Assembly: GCA_030141605.1 (NCBI GenBank)
Contig: JAQGDQ010002441.1
Location: 1 to 36,918, forward strand
Direction: 5' to 3'
DNA length: 36,918 nt
DNA from: Tubiluchus corallicola
Taxonomy: Eukaryota > Animalia > Priapulida
Shown here: piece after piece, positions 9,628 to 20,498 of the stretch
Layout of the letters: every line of letters begins with the position of its first letter
How positions within the stretch are numbered: position 1 is the first letter of the stretch
Notes under the pieces: model-generated
The model's database searches: none
What the model was told of the DNA's origin: nothing
What the model saw: only the letters and a program-made list of their open reading frames with translations
Made by a program: the position numbers and the translations under genes

Positions 9628-12433
9628 CTATCTACTTAAGTATAAATTTCTTTCCGAATGTATTTTCAAAAAATAATCATCCATTAAGCTATCTATAAAA
9701 TATATCGTTTCTCCTGTAGATTTCATTTCAGGACCTAATTGTTTATTGACATCAGGGAACTTATCAAATGAAAAAATTGGTTCTTTTATGGCATACCCTT
9801 TTCTATATGAACTTAGCTTAAAATCTTTCAATTTTTTCTCTCCTAAAATAATCTTCACTGCATAATTAACAAAAGGCGCATTATAGGCTTTGCAAATAAA
9901 TGGTACTGTGCGAGATGCTCTTGGATTGGCCTCTATTACGTACACTTTGTTGTCTTTTATAGCAAATTGTATATTTATCAAACCAACCGTGCCAAGTTTT
10001 ATTGCAATTTTTTTAGTATACAGCTCTATTTGTTCCATAATAAAGTCCCCCAAATTGTAAGGGGGTAAAACAGCATAGGAATCTCCAGAATGCACTCCAG
10101 CAGGTTCTATATGTTGCATGATACCAATGATATGTACATCTTTTCCATCACAAATAGCATCCGCTTCTGCTTCAATAGCTCCATCAAGAAAGTGGTCTAA
10201 TAAAACTTCCTCGTTCAAATCTTTAAGTATATCTATCATATGGTTTTCTAACTCCTCTTCATTAATCACAATTTTCATACCTTGCCCTCCTAACACATAT
10301 GACGGGCGCATCAATAGAGGGAAGCCCAATGTTTTGCATACATCCAAAGCTTCATCAGCACTATTAGCAGTGCCAAATAAAGGATAAGGGATATCATTTT
10401 TTTTCAACAGCTTGCTAAAATGTCCTCTATTTTCTGCCAAATCAAGGGATGCAAAATTTGTACCTAATATCTTCACTCCATACCTATGTAGTTTTTCAGC
10501 CAGTTTCAGTGCAGTTTGCCCTCCTAATTGTACTATTACGCCTTCTGGTTTTTCATGCTCAATAATATCATAAATATGCTCCCAAAAAACAGGTTCAAAA
10601 TATAATTTGTCCGCAACATCAGGGTCAGTAGAGACTGTTTCAGGGTTGCAATTTATCATTATTGTTTCATAACCACACTCTTTTGCTGCCAACACTCCAT
10701 GCACACAGCAGTAATCAAATTCTATTCCTTGGCCAATTCTATTAGGTCCAGAGCCTAAAATTATAACTTTCTTTTTTGTTGATGGTACAGATTCATTCAA
10801 ATTAGTAAAGGAGGAATAATAATACGGAGTTTGTGCCTTAAACTCCGCGGCGCATGTATCTACCAACCTGTATGTTCTGTTTATTCCCCATGCTTTCCGC
10901 TTTTTGTATATCTCGCTTTCAAGGCAGCCAATCAAATGTGCTATTTGCCTGTCTGCATAGCCCTTTCTTTTGGCTTCAAATAACATTTCTTTCTCAATAG
11001 CGTTTAAATTACACTTAGCTAGATCTTTTTCAAAATGCACTAAATTTTCAATTTGTTCTAAAAACCATTTGTCAATTTTAGTAATTTGATGAATAGTTTT
11101 TAATGGCACTCCTAACTTTATGGCATCATATATGTGAAAAAGTCTATTCCAGCTTGGGTTTTCCAGGCTGTGAAAAATTTCCTCTCTATCTTTGAGTTCC
11201 TTGGCATCTGTAATCCGTTTCTTTTTTTTTCAAGAGATTGACACGCTTTTGCAATGCCTCTTGGAAGGTCTGCCCTATTCCCATTACCTCTCCCACAGAT
11301 TTCATTTGCAGCCCTAATGCGCGGTCTGCTCCTTTGAATTTGTCAAAGCTCCATCTTGGGATTTTAACAACCACATAATCTAATGCTGGTTCAAAATAAG
11401 CTGGGGTGGAGTGAGTAATTTGGTTTTGTATTTCATCTAAATTATAACCTATGGCAAGTTTTGCCGACACTTTGGCAATAGGATACCCCGTTGCTTTGGA
11501 TGCCAAAGCAGAAGAACGGGAAACTCGAGGATTGATTTCTATTGCTATAATCTCCTCATCTTCTGGGTTAACGGCAAATTGTACATTGCAGCCTCCTGAA
11601 AATTCACCTATTCCATCCATCATTTTAATTGCCAAATCTCTCATTTTTTGATATGTAACGTCAGAGAGGGTCATTGCAGGTGCAATGGTTATAGAGTCCC
11701 CTGTATGTATGCCCATAGGGTCAAAGTTTTCAATGGAGCAAATAATAATGACGTTGCCTTTATTGTCTCTTAATAGCTCTAATTCATATTCCTTCCAACC
11801 TAAAATACTTTTTTCTATTAAAACTTCATGAATAGGAGATGCATGTAGCCCTCGTGTTAATGCTTTTTCAAATTCTTGTGAGTCTTTAACAAATCCTCCT
11901 CCTGTCCCTCCTAAGGTGAATGATGGGCGTACAACTAAAGGAAAGCCTATTTCTTGGGCTATCTCCTTGCCTTGCAGAAATGAAGTTGCTATTTTCCCCT
12001 CACTTACATTTACTTCCAATTCTCGCATTTTTACCCTAAACTTCTCTCTATCTTCTGTCGTTTCAATCGCTGCGATATCTACTCCTATCATTTTCACTCC
12101 ATACTCCTTCCAAACCCCTGACTTTTCACATTCTATTGCCAAGTTTAGGGCAGTTTGCCCTCCCATAGTAGGTAGCACTGCATCTATTTTGTGCTCTTTA
12201 AGAATCTCTATAATTGATTGTTTAGTTAAGGGTTTAAGGTAGATATTATCAGCAGTAACATTATCCGTCATTATGGTTGCAGGATTAGAATTAATTAATG
12301 TTACTTCAATACCCTCTTCTTTTAATGATCTGGCAGCTTGTGAGCCAGAATAATCAAACTCGCATGCTTGACCTATGACAATAGGTCCACTACCAATAAT
12401 AAGAACAGATTGTATATTGCTATATTTAGGCAT
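9628..12433 (-). pseudogene. carB: Carbamoyl-phosphate synthase large subunit, split by two frameshifts near 11210-11250 (real lesion or sequencing error); short form without C-terminal MGS domain
   Basis: [34 protein letters not shown] (ORF 11186-12433) and GSGPNRIGQGIEFDY, MKSTGE (ORF 9628-11109); intervening conserved residues lie in shifted frames. Confidence 0.93.
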
Positions 12434-12458
12434 AAAATTTTAACCGTTTTTTTTACAA

Positions 12459-12466
12459 CAAAGTTA
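12459..12466 (-). promoter_or_regulatory. Bacteroidota -7 box for the carB-nadD unit
   Basis: TAACTTTG on the minus strand about 25 bp upstream of the carB ATG. Confidence 0.55.
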
Positions 12467-12572
12467 ATGATTTTACTCTAATCTAAAAACATCATAACGA
12501 AAAGAATTGTTGATGGCATAAAATTAGCTGGGTTAGAATAAAGATTCTTTTGTTTTGTAAAAAAAATAGCTA

Positions 12573-13091
12573 CTACTTAACTCTATAAACTCTAAACGTA
12601 ACAGCTCTACTTTTTTGCCATCCTAAATCTCTATTGCCTTCTACAATTATATGTTTTTCTCCATATCCTATGCATTTTAATTTTGCAGGATCCACGCCCG
12701 CCTCTACTAGCATTTTGCATATGTTATTGGCTCGTTTTTCAGATAAAATGGTATTCCCTTTAATTGGTCCATCTACACTGGCATAGCCTTGCACTTCTAC
12801 TACTTTATTTGAATTGTTTCTTAAGTATGTTCTAATGCTATTTATCATATTGCTAACATCACCTTTGGGAGTAGCACTGTCCATATCAAAATATATGGCA
12901 AAAGAGGTTATATCCGCTTCAGAAGGAGAGCTCCGTTTAGGAGGTTGGGGGTTAGGTTTACGGTTTTTTGCAGGGACAGGATTAAACTTAGGTCTAGGCT
13001 TAGGAGCAGGAGCAGGAGCAGACTTAGGAGCAGGAGCAGGAGCAGACTTAGGAGCAGGAGCAGGAGCAGACTTAGGAGCAGGAGCAGACTT

Positions 13092-13123
<32 letters not shown>

Positions 13124-13127
13124 ACTT

Positions 13128-13159
<32 letters not shown>

Positions 13160-14237
13160 ACTTAGGAGCAGGAGTAGGAGTAGGCTTAGAAGCAGGTTCT
13201 GCTTTAGGCACAGAAGCAAGTTCAGTTTTTGGTGGTGTGGAGTCCACTTTACCATAAACAATATCCATCACATCTTTTTCTATTTCCTCTTGTTCTTTAT
13301 AAGCTTTAAATCTATATATTTTTGTTATTTCATCTCCCTCTTCCCTAGAAGAAACAAAAAAACCTTCATCTTCTGAATAGAAAGAGAGATTGGCCTCAAA
13401 GGCATCGCTATTAATTGGGCTCTCTAGTATTTCTGGCTTTGTCCAGTCTAACCAGCCTTCACCTGTCCGTTCTGAAACATATATATCTGCTCTTCCATCA
13501 AGTTTAATACGAGAAAAATATAATTTTCTTTTATCTAAAGATAGCGAAGGAGAAAATTCTGGCAGTGGGGAATTAATAATGTTTTTGAGGTAAACTTTTT
13601 TTCCCCATTTTCCATTGATCGACTTCAAAACAATAGCAATATCATCATTGCCCGCCGTTTTTTCATCATCAGACATTACAATCACATCTTCGTCGGGGTG
13701 CATGTAAGCACTGTAAGTATTTCCTGAGTATTTTCTTTGAAACTGAATATTAATCTTTTCAACAACTTTCCATTTGCTTCCATTCTTTTTCAGCTTATAT
13801 ATTCCATTAATTTTTGCTTTTCTGGTATCACTTCCCAATACATAAATATGATTCCCTGTACTATCATACCCTATTACATGTGTGCTAGGCAAAAAATCAC
13901 CTTCTTGGCTAAAAAGAAGACGTGTCTTTTCCGTATCAAAATTATATGATTTTGACCGCTGCAAAACGTCTAAATGAGACTCAGTTGTTATTCTCTCTAT
14001 CTCCACATAATATAATTCACTGGTATGGGGGTTATAAATAGGATTAAACTGCCTAACATTTCCCATAAGGTTGCCAGCATTGATCCTATGAACAAATATG
14101 TTGTTTTCTAAAATTTTATAATCTTTTGTTATTTCACTAATTGATCTAATACCTATTCCTTGCGAAAACGCTTCCAATGGTATTGCGAGGAAAAGAAAGA
14201 ATAATAATTTTATATTTAGAAATTGTCTCATAGTCAT
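12573..14237 (-). CDS. Exported PD40/WD40-like beta-propeller protein with Pro/Ala linker and C-terminal OmpA-like peptidoglycan-binding domain
   Basis: Signal peptide; INSPLPEFSPSLSLDKRKLYFS and INSDAFEA..FFVSSR PD40 repeats; IYFD, VEVQGYA, NTILSEKRA, GYGE, SRAVTF OmpA_C motifs. Confidence 0.88.
12996..13195 (-). repeat. Coding VNTR (GGAGCA)n punctuated by GACTTA, encoding (AP)n-KS repeats
   Basis: Directly visible 6-bp tandem units in blocks of variable length. Confidence 0.95.
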
Positions 14238-14383
14238 GATTTTTATTTATACGTTACACAAAGCCCTTATTATTCAATATAACTCCACTTTTTTATAAAG
14301 TTAAAACAAAAAAATTCTTCTCTTATCTTTTGGCACAAAAAAATAACAAAATTTCTCTAATTAATTATAAGGAAATGATAAGG

Positions 14384-14391
14384 CAAATATA
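14384..14391 (-). promoter_or_regulatory. Bacteroidota -7 box upstream of the OmpA-domain gene
   Basis: CAAATATA on plus = TATATTTG on minus in the divergent intergenic region. Confidence 0.45.
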
Positions 14392-14619
14392 GTAATAATA
14401 ATTAAAAATAACAATAAAACCAAGCATATAACAACATCAAAAGCATTTTTTTATTTTTATTCAAACGATATATCTTGCTGATTTTCTGATTATTAAATGC
14501 TTTTTTTGATTAGAGCGAAAACGCACCTGTAAAATAAATTACAAAAACAAGTTTTTTTGGCACTTTTTTTGAAAACTATTTCTTGCAACCGTTTAACTAT
14601 AACATCAAAAATTATTCCC

Positions 14620-15225
14620 ATGTTGACAAAAAATGCAATAGATTTTAAGAAATCTAATGACAGTGAGCTGATTTCTCTTTATATTAATGGTTGCGAAAAA
14701 GCATTTAAGGTGCTTATTTCTAAACATAAGACAAGGATATATACAACGATCTATAACATTGTAAAGGATGAAGCAGAAGCAGAAGATTTGGTGCAAGAAA
14801 CCTTTATTAAGGTATTGAATATAATTCATCAAAAAAAATATAGTGAGAAAGGGCGTTTTTTGTTTTGGCTCCTCTGTATTGCAAGAAATTTAGCTGTAGA
14901 TAAATTTAGGGCAAGCAAGCGATACCCTTGCGTTTCTTTTGATGCTTTAGAAGGAATAAATATAGCATCAGAAGAAAAAGTGAACGTAGAACTTGAAACA
15001 AACAACAACTTAGAGGCAAAACTTAAATCACTAATAGAAGAGTTACCAGAGGTTCAAAAAAAAGTAGTTATTATGAGAAACTATGAAAAAAAGAGCTTTA
15101 AGGAAATAGCCTCTGCTACTAACACAAGCATTAATACCGTATTGGGAAGAATGAGGTATGCTTTGATCAATTTAAGAAAAAAATTAGAAAACTTAAACAT
15201 AAATTATCAACAATGTGTATTATAA
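14620..15225 (+). CDS. ECF-type RNA polymerase sigma-70 factor
   Basis: AEDLVQETFIK, FLFWLLCIARN, SFKEIA..SINTVLGRMRYAL; first ATG at 14620; no adjacent anti-sigma gene. Confidence 0.92.
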   Translation: MLTKNAIDFKKSNDSELISLYINGCEKAFKVLISKHKTRIYTTIYNIVKDEAEAEDLVQETFIKVLNIIHQKKYSEKGRFLFWLLCIARNLAVDKFRASKRYPCVSFDALEGINIASEEKVNVELETNNNLEAKLKSLIEELPEVQKKVVIMRNYEKKSFKEIASATNTSINTVLGRMRYALINLRKKLENLNINYQQCVL

Positions 15226-15292
15226 ACATTCTATTTATCGTACTAAATGTTAATTTTGTAGTTCAACAAAAAATGAATTACAAAACTACATT

Positions 15293-15781
15293 ATGAAAAC
15301 TTGTAATATTAGAGTGGGGTTAGGGTTTGATGTCCATCAATTAAAAAAAAACATTGATTTCTGGCTAGGTGGTATCAAAATCACTCACACTAAAGGCTGT
15401 GTCGGGCATTCTGATGCTGACGTACTTATACATGCTATATGTGATGCGTTGTTAGGTGCAGCTAATCTGCGAGATATTGGCTATCACTTTCCTGACAATG
15501 ACCCTACGTATAAAGGCGTAGACAGTAAGTTGCTTCTAAAAAAAGTAATGTTACTTATTCAACAAAATCAATGGAAGGTACAAAACATAGACTGCGTTGT
15601 AGCACTGCAAAAACCCAAAATAATAGATTATATCCCTTCTATGAAAAAGTGTTTAGCGGAAACAATGAAGCTTGAAGAAGGCAGAATATCTATAAAAGCA
15701 ACCACAACAGAAAAAATGGGATTTGTAGGGAAAGAAAAAGGAGCAACAGCCCAAGTTGTTGCATTGATATATCAAAATTAG
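15293..15781 (+). CDS. ispF: 2-C-methyl-D-erythritol 2,4-cyclodiphosphate synthase
   Basis: GFDVH, GHSDADVLIHAICDALLGA, KATTTEKMGF; TAATTTTG -7 box at 15251-15258. Confidence 0.97.
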   Translation: MKTCNIRVGLGFDVHQLKKNIDFWLGGIKITHTKGCVGHSDADVLIHAICDALLGAANLRDIGYHFPDNDPTYKGVDSKLLLKKVMLLIQQNQWKVQNIDCVVALQKPKIIDYIPSMKKCLAETMKLEEGRISIKATTTEKMGFVGKEKGATAQVVALIYQN

Positions 15782-16152
15782 GAAAAACAGCTTTTTTAGG
15801 ATACTAAAAATTATAGAAACGTCAGACGAGTCCAACCTCTGATATTAATGTTATTAAAATTTTTACATAGGCTTTGGCACTGGACTGAACCCTTTGCTTT
15901 CTTGCCTACAATTGCTTCAATATAACAAAACAAAACGATACATTACACCACCATAAAACCCTCTCCCATATCTAATAATATTATTATAGGAAAAACCATA
16001 AACATATTCAAAGCAGGAGGATTGTTTTATTACTTACTGCGCAACAAAACAATAGCTGTTAAAAAAAATAGAACGCTGTTTGAATTTATAAGCCAAAATT
16101 GCTAACTTGGGAGCTTTAAACCATATATAAAATACAATTGAATTTATTTGGC

Positions 16153-17919
16153 ATGAAGCAAAATCAATACCCCAAAATAGGAATACGACCTACCATAGAT
16201 GGTCGCTTAGGAGGAGTAAGAGAATCATTAGAGAAACAGACCATGAACATGGCAAAATCAGCAGCCAAATTTCTCGAAAAAAATTTAAGATACCCCGACG
16301 GAAATCACGTAGAAGTAATAATATCTGATAGCTGCATTGGCGGAGTAATGGAGGCATCAACATCTGCTCAAAAATTTGAAAAAGAAAATGTAGGAGTATC
16401 CCTAACCGTTACACCTTGTTGGTGTTATGGCACAGAAACTATTGATATGAATCCACATATTCCCAAAGCCATTTGGGGATTTAATGGAACAGAGCGCCCT
16501 GGTGCCGTGTATTTAGCAGCTGCACTCGCTGGACACAATCAAAAAGGAATACCTGCTTTTAGTATTTACGGAAAAGATGTTCAGGACACAAACGACACCT
16601 CTATACCTAAAGACGTACAAACAAAGTTATTGCGATTTGCTAAGGCAGGACTTGCTGTCGCTATTATGAAAGGAAAATCCTATCTCTCTATGGGAGGAGT
16701 ATCTATGGGGATAGCGGGGTGCATTATACAAGAAGATTTTTTTCAAGATTATCTTGGTATGCGAAACGAATATGTAGACATGAGTGAGTTTATAAGGCGA
16801 ATAGAAAAAGGGATTTATGATAAAGAAGACTTAATAAAAGCTGCATCATGGGCAAAGGATAATTTGAAAAAAGGAAAAGACATGAATGCTCCCAATCAAC
16901 GAAAGTCAAAAGCAGAGCTTGAAAAAGATTGGGATATATCCATAAAAATGGCACTAATTGCCAAAGATTTGATGGATGGCAACCCTAAGCTTGAACAAAA
17001 ATACGGAGAAGAAGCACTTGGACATAACGCACTAGTAGCAGGGTTTCAAGGGCAACGCCAATGGACAGATCACTTTCCTAATGGTGACTTTATGGAAGCT
17101 ATACTTTGTTCTTCATTTGATTGGAACGGAAGAAGAAAACCATATATGTTGGCAACAGAAAATGATAGTTTAAATGGGGTATCAATGCTGCTTGGTTACT
17201 TGCTTACCAACTCTGCACAAATATTTGCAGACATAAGAACATATTGGAGTGCCGATGCCATAAAAAGAGTAACAGGAAAAAAATTAGAAGGCAAAGGTAG
17301 CCAAGGATTTTTGCACTTAATCAATTCTGGGCCGGCAGCATTAGATGGAACAGGAGAACAATCAATCAATGGAAAACCCGCAATGAAACCTCATTGGGAA
17401 ATTACAGATGAAGACATTCAAAAGTGTTTAGAAGCCACAGAGTGGTGCCCTGCTATGTTGGAATATTTTAGAGGTGGTGGATACTCCACACGATATAAAA
17501 CAAAAGGAGGAATGCCCATTACTCTATTGCGAATTAATATTATAAAAGGCTTAGGCCCAGTGTTACAATTAGCAGAAGGATATACTATTGAGCTTCCCGA
17601 AGAAGTTCATAATACATTAGACATGAGAACCAATCCCACATGGCCTACAACTTGGTTTGTGCCAAATTTAACAGGAAAAGGGTACTTTACAAACATCTAT
17701 TCGGTAATGGCAAACTGGGGGTCAAACCATGGCGCTTTTGCCTATGGACACATAGGAGCAGACCTAATCACTCTTGCCTCTATGCTACGAATTCCTGTTT
17801 GCATGCACAATGTAGATGAAAAAGAGTTGTTCAGACCAAGTGTTTGGTCTGCTTTTGGAATGGATAGTGAGGGGGCTGATTATAGGGCGTGTGCTAATTA
17901 TGGAGCTTTATATAAATAA
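16153..17919 (+). CDS. fucI: L-fucose isomerase
   Basis: [58 protein letters not shown]. Confidence 0.97.
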   Translation: MKQNQYPKIGIRPTIDGRLGGVRESLEKQTMNMAKSAAKFLEKNLRYPDGNHVEVIISDSCIGGVMEASTSAQKFEKENVGVSLTVTPCWCYGTETIDMNPHIPKAIWGFNGTERPGAVYLAAALAGHNQKGIPAFSIYGKDVQDTNDTSIPKDVQTKLLRFAKAGLAVAIMKGKSYLSMGGVSMGIAGCIIQEDFFQDYLGMRNEYVDMSEFIRRIEKGIYDKEDLIKAASWAKDNLKKGKDMNAPNQRKSKAELEKDWDISIKMALIAKDLMDGNPKLEQKYGEEALGHNALVAGFQGQRQWTDHFPNGDFMEAILCSSFDWNGRRKPYMLATENDSLNGVSMLLGYLLTNSAQIFADIRTYWSADAIKRVTGKKLEGKGSQGFLHLINSGPAALDGTGEQSINGKPAMKPHWEITDEDIQKCLEATEWCPAMLEYFRGGGYSTRYKTKGGMPITLLRINIIKGLGPVLQLAEGYTIELPEEVHNTLDMRTNPTWPTTWFVPNLTGKGYFTNIYSVMANWGSNHGAFAYGHIGADLITLASMLRIPVCMHNVDEKELFRPSVWSAFGMDSEGADYRACANYGALYK

Positions 17920-18005
17920 TTTTAAAACTTAAAAAAGCAAAACTAATCCCTGCTTCTATTATTGTGGGTTGTTTTTGTTTTTAAAAATTTCTCTATAAAA
18001 ACTAT

Positions 18006-19289
18006 ATGCAAGAAGAGGTCTTACAGTTTCTTTGGCAATATCAACTTTTTAATACACAAAATCTAACGACTGCATGCGAGCAAAGTATAGAGGTGTTTTC
18101 ACAAGGATTTAAGAATAAAAATTCTGGTGCTGACTTTTCTAATGCTAAAATTAAATTAGGTGATATAAAATGGCACGGAGACATAGAAATTCATATTTAT
18201 AGTTCAGATTGGTATAAACACAAACATCATGACAATCCTGCATTTAATAATGTGATTTTACACGTTGTATGGGAACACGATAAGGAGGCAAAAAGAAACG
18301 ATGGATCAACAATCCCCACATTAATGCTAAAAAATAAAATTCCATCTGATTTTTTAGCAAAACACCAAAACTTAATGGCAGCAAAAAGCATTATACTATG
18401 CGAAAAACACATACATAACATAAAAACTATCACTATTTATGCTATGTTAGATAGAGTGCTTGCTGAGCGACTAAATAGAAAAAGCAGAGATGTGCTGGAA
18501 ACATTAAAAAAGACAGATTATGATTGGGAAGAAACAACATACCGAGTTATTGCAGAAAATTTTGGATTTAAAATTAACAAAGATCCATTCAAAAAATTAG
18601 CAGAGAGCTTGCCCTTAAAAATCTTGCTTAAACATGCCGACAACCTATTGCAAATAGAAGCTCTACTTTTTGGTCAGGCGGGTTTTTTAGATGACGAATG
18701 CAACAATGAATATTTTAAGGAATTAAAAAAAGAGTACTCTTTTTTAGCTCAAAAATATAACCTACAAAAAACAAAAACTCTAAAACAAGAACAATGGAAA
18801 TTTTTAAGAACCCGTCCCAATAATTTTCCTACAATAAGAATTGCACAATTCTCGGCTTTTATATCTTCCTACAAAAATCTCTTCTCTTTTATCATTAACA
18901 TCGGCAAAAACAAAAGAAAGCTAAACAATATGTTTAATGTAAGACAATCAAAATTTTGGAAAGAAAATTACCACTTCAACACATCTCAAAAAAGCAACGT
19001 TAACACGTTAGGAAAGAACAGCATAGAGAACGTCATTATCAATAGCTTTGCACCTATCTTATCCATATATAGCAAAGAAAAAGAAGAGTACGAATACTTT
19101 GAAAAAGCTATATGGCTATTGCAAAATATTAGTGCAGAACGCAATCATATTATCAATAAATGGAAGGCAATAGGTGTAAATGTAAAATCAGCGTTTGATT
19201 CGCAAGCCCTATTAGAACTACACAACGAATACTGCTTAAAAAGCAAATGTTTATCTTGTAGTATAGGAATAAAGATAATAAGGCACTGA
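18006..19289 (+). CDS. DUF2851 family protein
   Basis: GADFSNAKI, GDIEIH..SSDWYKH.H, VILHVVW, RPNNFPTIRIAQ, terminal C..KCLSCSIG. Confidence 0.9.
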   Translation: MQEEVLQFLWQYQLFNTQNLTTACEQSIEVFSQGFKNKNSGADFSNAKIKLGDIKWHGDIEIHIYSSDWYKHKHHDNPAFNNVILHVVWEHDKEAKRNDGSTIPTLMLKNKIPSDFLAKHQNLMAAKSIILCEKHIHNIKTITIYAMLDRVLAERLNRKSRDVLETLKKTDYDWEETTYRVIAENFGFKINKDPFKKLAESLPLKILLKHADNLLQIEALLFGQAGFLDDECNNEYFKELKKEYSFLAQKYNLQKTKTLKQEQWKFLRTRPNNFPTIRIAQFSAFISSYKNLFSFIINIGKNKRKLNNMFNVRQSKFWKENYHFNTSQKSNVNTLGKNSIENVIINSFAPILSIYSKEKEEYEYFEKAIWLLQNISAERNHIINKWKAIGVNVKSAFDSQALLELHNEYCLKSKCLSCSIGIKIIRH

Positions 19290-19346
19290 TAATAAAACGC
19301 TTGAATAAAACATGGTTAAAAGCACAAAATAAAATTTATCTTTTGC

Positions 19347-19377
19347 TTTGAAAACAAAATTAATATTTTTACTTTTG
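19347..19377 (+). promoter_or_regulatory. Bacteroidota sigma-A promoter for tRNA-Asp
   Basis: TTTG (19347-19350), 19-bp spacer, TACTTTTG (19370-19377). Confidence 0.75.
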
Positions 19378-19386
19378 TGTCGTATT

Positions 19387-19461
19387 GGTCTGGTAGTTCA
19401 GTTTGGTTAGAATGCCTGCCTGTCACGCAGGAGGTCGCGGGTTCGAGTCCCGTCCAGACCG
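19387..19461 (+). tRNA. trnD: tRNA-Asp(GTC), CCA not encoded
   Basis: GGTCTGG/CCAGACC acceptor stem, anticodon arm CCTGC-CTGTCAC-GCAGG, GGTTCGAGTCC T-loop. Confidence 0.97.
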
Positions 19462-19507
19462 CAAAGTCCCGCTTGTTTTGCTAAAACAAGCGGGACTTTG
19501 TTTTTTT
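19462..19507 (+). terminator. Intrinsic terminator after tRNA-Asp
   Basis: 18-bp perfect stem CAAAGTCCCGCTTGTTTT/AAAACAAGCGGGACTTTG followed by a T-run. Confidence 0.9.
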
Positions 19508-19748
19508 ATTGCTTTATATTTCATGTCTCTTATGAGGGGCAGAACCAAACAAACAATTCGTTAAAGTGCTAATTTTTAAAACATTAACTAAAACTAAAAA
19601 GTAAAGAAGTGGTAATTAATGGTAATTATTTTGCGGAAAAATCCGTTTTAAACACCTTTTAACACCATTTTAACCTAAAAAACAAAAATTGTTCGTTTCG
19701 TTTTAAAGTATTACAAAAAATGTAATACTTTTTTTGTAATACTAAAAG

Positions 19749-20168
19749 CTATAATTTCTTAGTATCATTTATTACCTTTTTTTTAAGTAATTTTATCTGT
19801 TTTAACAGAGCTTGTTTTTCTTTTAAAAGTGAGGTATTAGTATTTTCCAATGCCTCTATTCGCTCCATTAAAACATCCAATTCATCATTGGTGCTCCCCC
19901 CACTTTTGTAGTGGGGGCTAATCGAGACCTCATCTCCGTACATGCTTCCTTTGTTAAGAAGCAACCAATTTATAGATAAAGGATATAGACAGGTAACTAT
20001 TTTTACTATTTTAGAAACTCCAATATCACTATTTTTCTTGTTTCCTTTGAAATTAGTGTATGAAATTCCTATTTTTTTAAAAAAAAAATCTTTCTGAATC
20101 CCTTTGTCTTCAAGTACTTGTAAAATCTTTTCTTTTATTTGGTAACTTTTTTTACTTTTTTCTTGCAT
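19749..20168 (-). CDS. Phage repressor (CI-like HTH)
   Basis: IKEKILQ..FFKKIGISYTNF...SINWLLLNKGSM HTH pattern; divergent from the early operon; no S24 peptidase domain. Confidence 0.8.
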   Translation of the reverse strand: MQEKSKKSYQIKEKILQVLEDKGIQKDFFFKKIGISYTNFKGNKKNSDIGVSKIVKIVTCLYPLSINWLLLNKGSMYGDEVSISPHYKSGGSTNDELDVLMERIEALENTNTSLLKEKQALLKQIKLLKKKVINDTKKL

Positions 20169-20194
20169 TTTGGCAACTATTTATACTATGTTTG
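19992..20194. promoter_or_regulatory. Three candidate repressor operators and the early promoter
   Basis: GGTAACTATTTTTACTAT (19992), GGTAACTTTTTTTACTTT (20141), GGCAACTATTTATACTAT (20172); the last overlaps a TATGTTTG -7 box (20187-20194). Confidence 0.55.
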
Positions 20195-20264
20195 TAGCAA
20201 AAACAAACACTTTGTATCCCTATAACAGAAAAATTGGTGCTAAGTTATATAAAATCATTAAATA

Positions 20265-20498
20265 ATGAATGAAAAAGAAATAGCGAAGTGGTTGAAGCAC
20301 GGCGACCATGCAATAATTGCAAAGGCATGCGGATGCCACATTAACAGCGTTTATAGAGCTATATTACGCCCCCCAAAGAAAAAGGCAAGTAACATTTTAA
20401 CTGTAGCTATAGAACTGGCAACAATCAGAAAAAAGGAACAGCTACATTACTTAAAATCAGTCAAAAAAAATAGAGATGCGAGTTTTAGAGTTTCATAA
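20265..20498 (+). CDS. Ner/Cro-like HTH regulator
   Basis: GDHAIIAKACGCHINSVYRAI HTH; first gene of the early operon. Confidence 0.7.
   Translation: MNEKEIAKWLKHGDHAIIAKACGCHINSVYRAILRPPKKKASNILTVAIELATIRKKEQLHYLKSVKKNRDASFRVS

Noticed and set aside
12814-13376. Overlapping GAGA-, RSRS- and poly-Leu ORFs
   Set aside because: Alternative-frame shadows of the Pro/Ala VNTR inside the OmpA-domain gene
15782-16130. Possible gene remnant or ncRNA upstream of fucI
   Set aside because: No convincing frame, repeat or structure found by eye
19387-19461. tRNA-Asp as attB of an integrase-type prophage
   Set aside because: No integrase and no duplicated tRNA 3' end seen, though the right end of the element is missing
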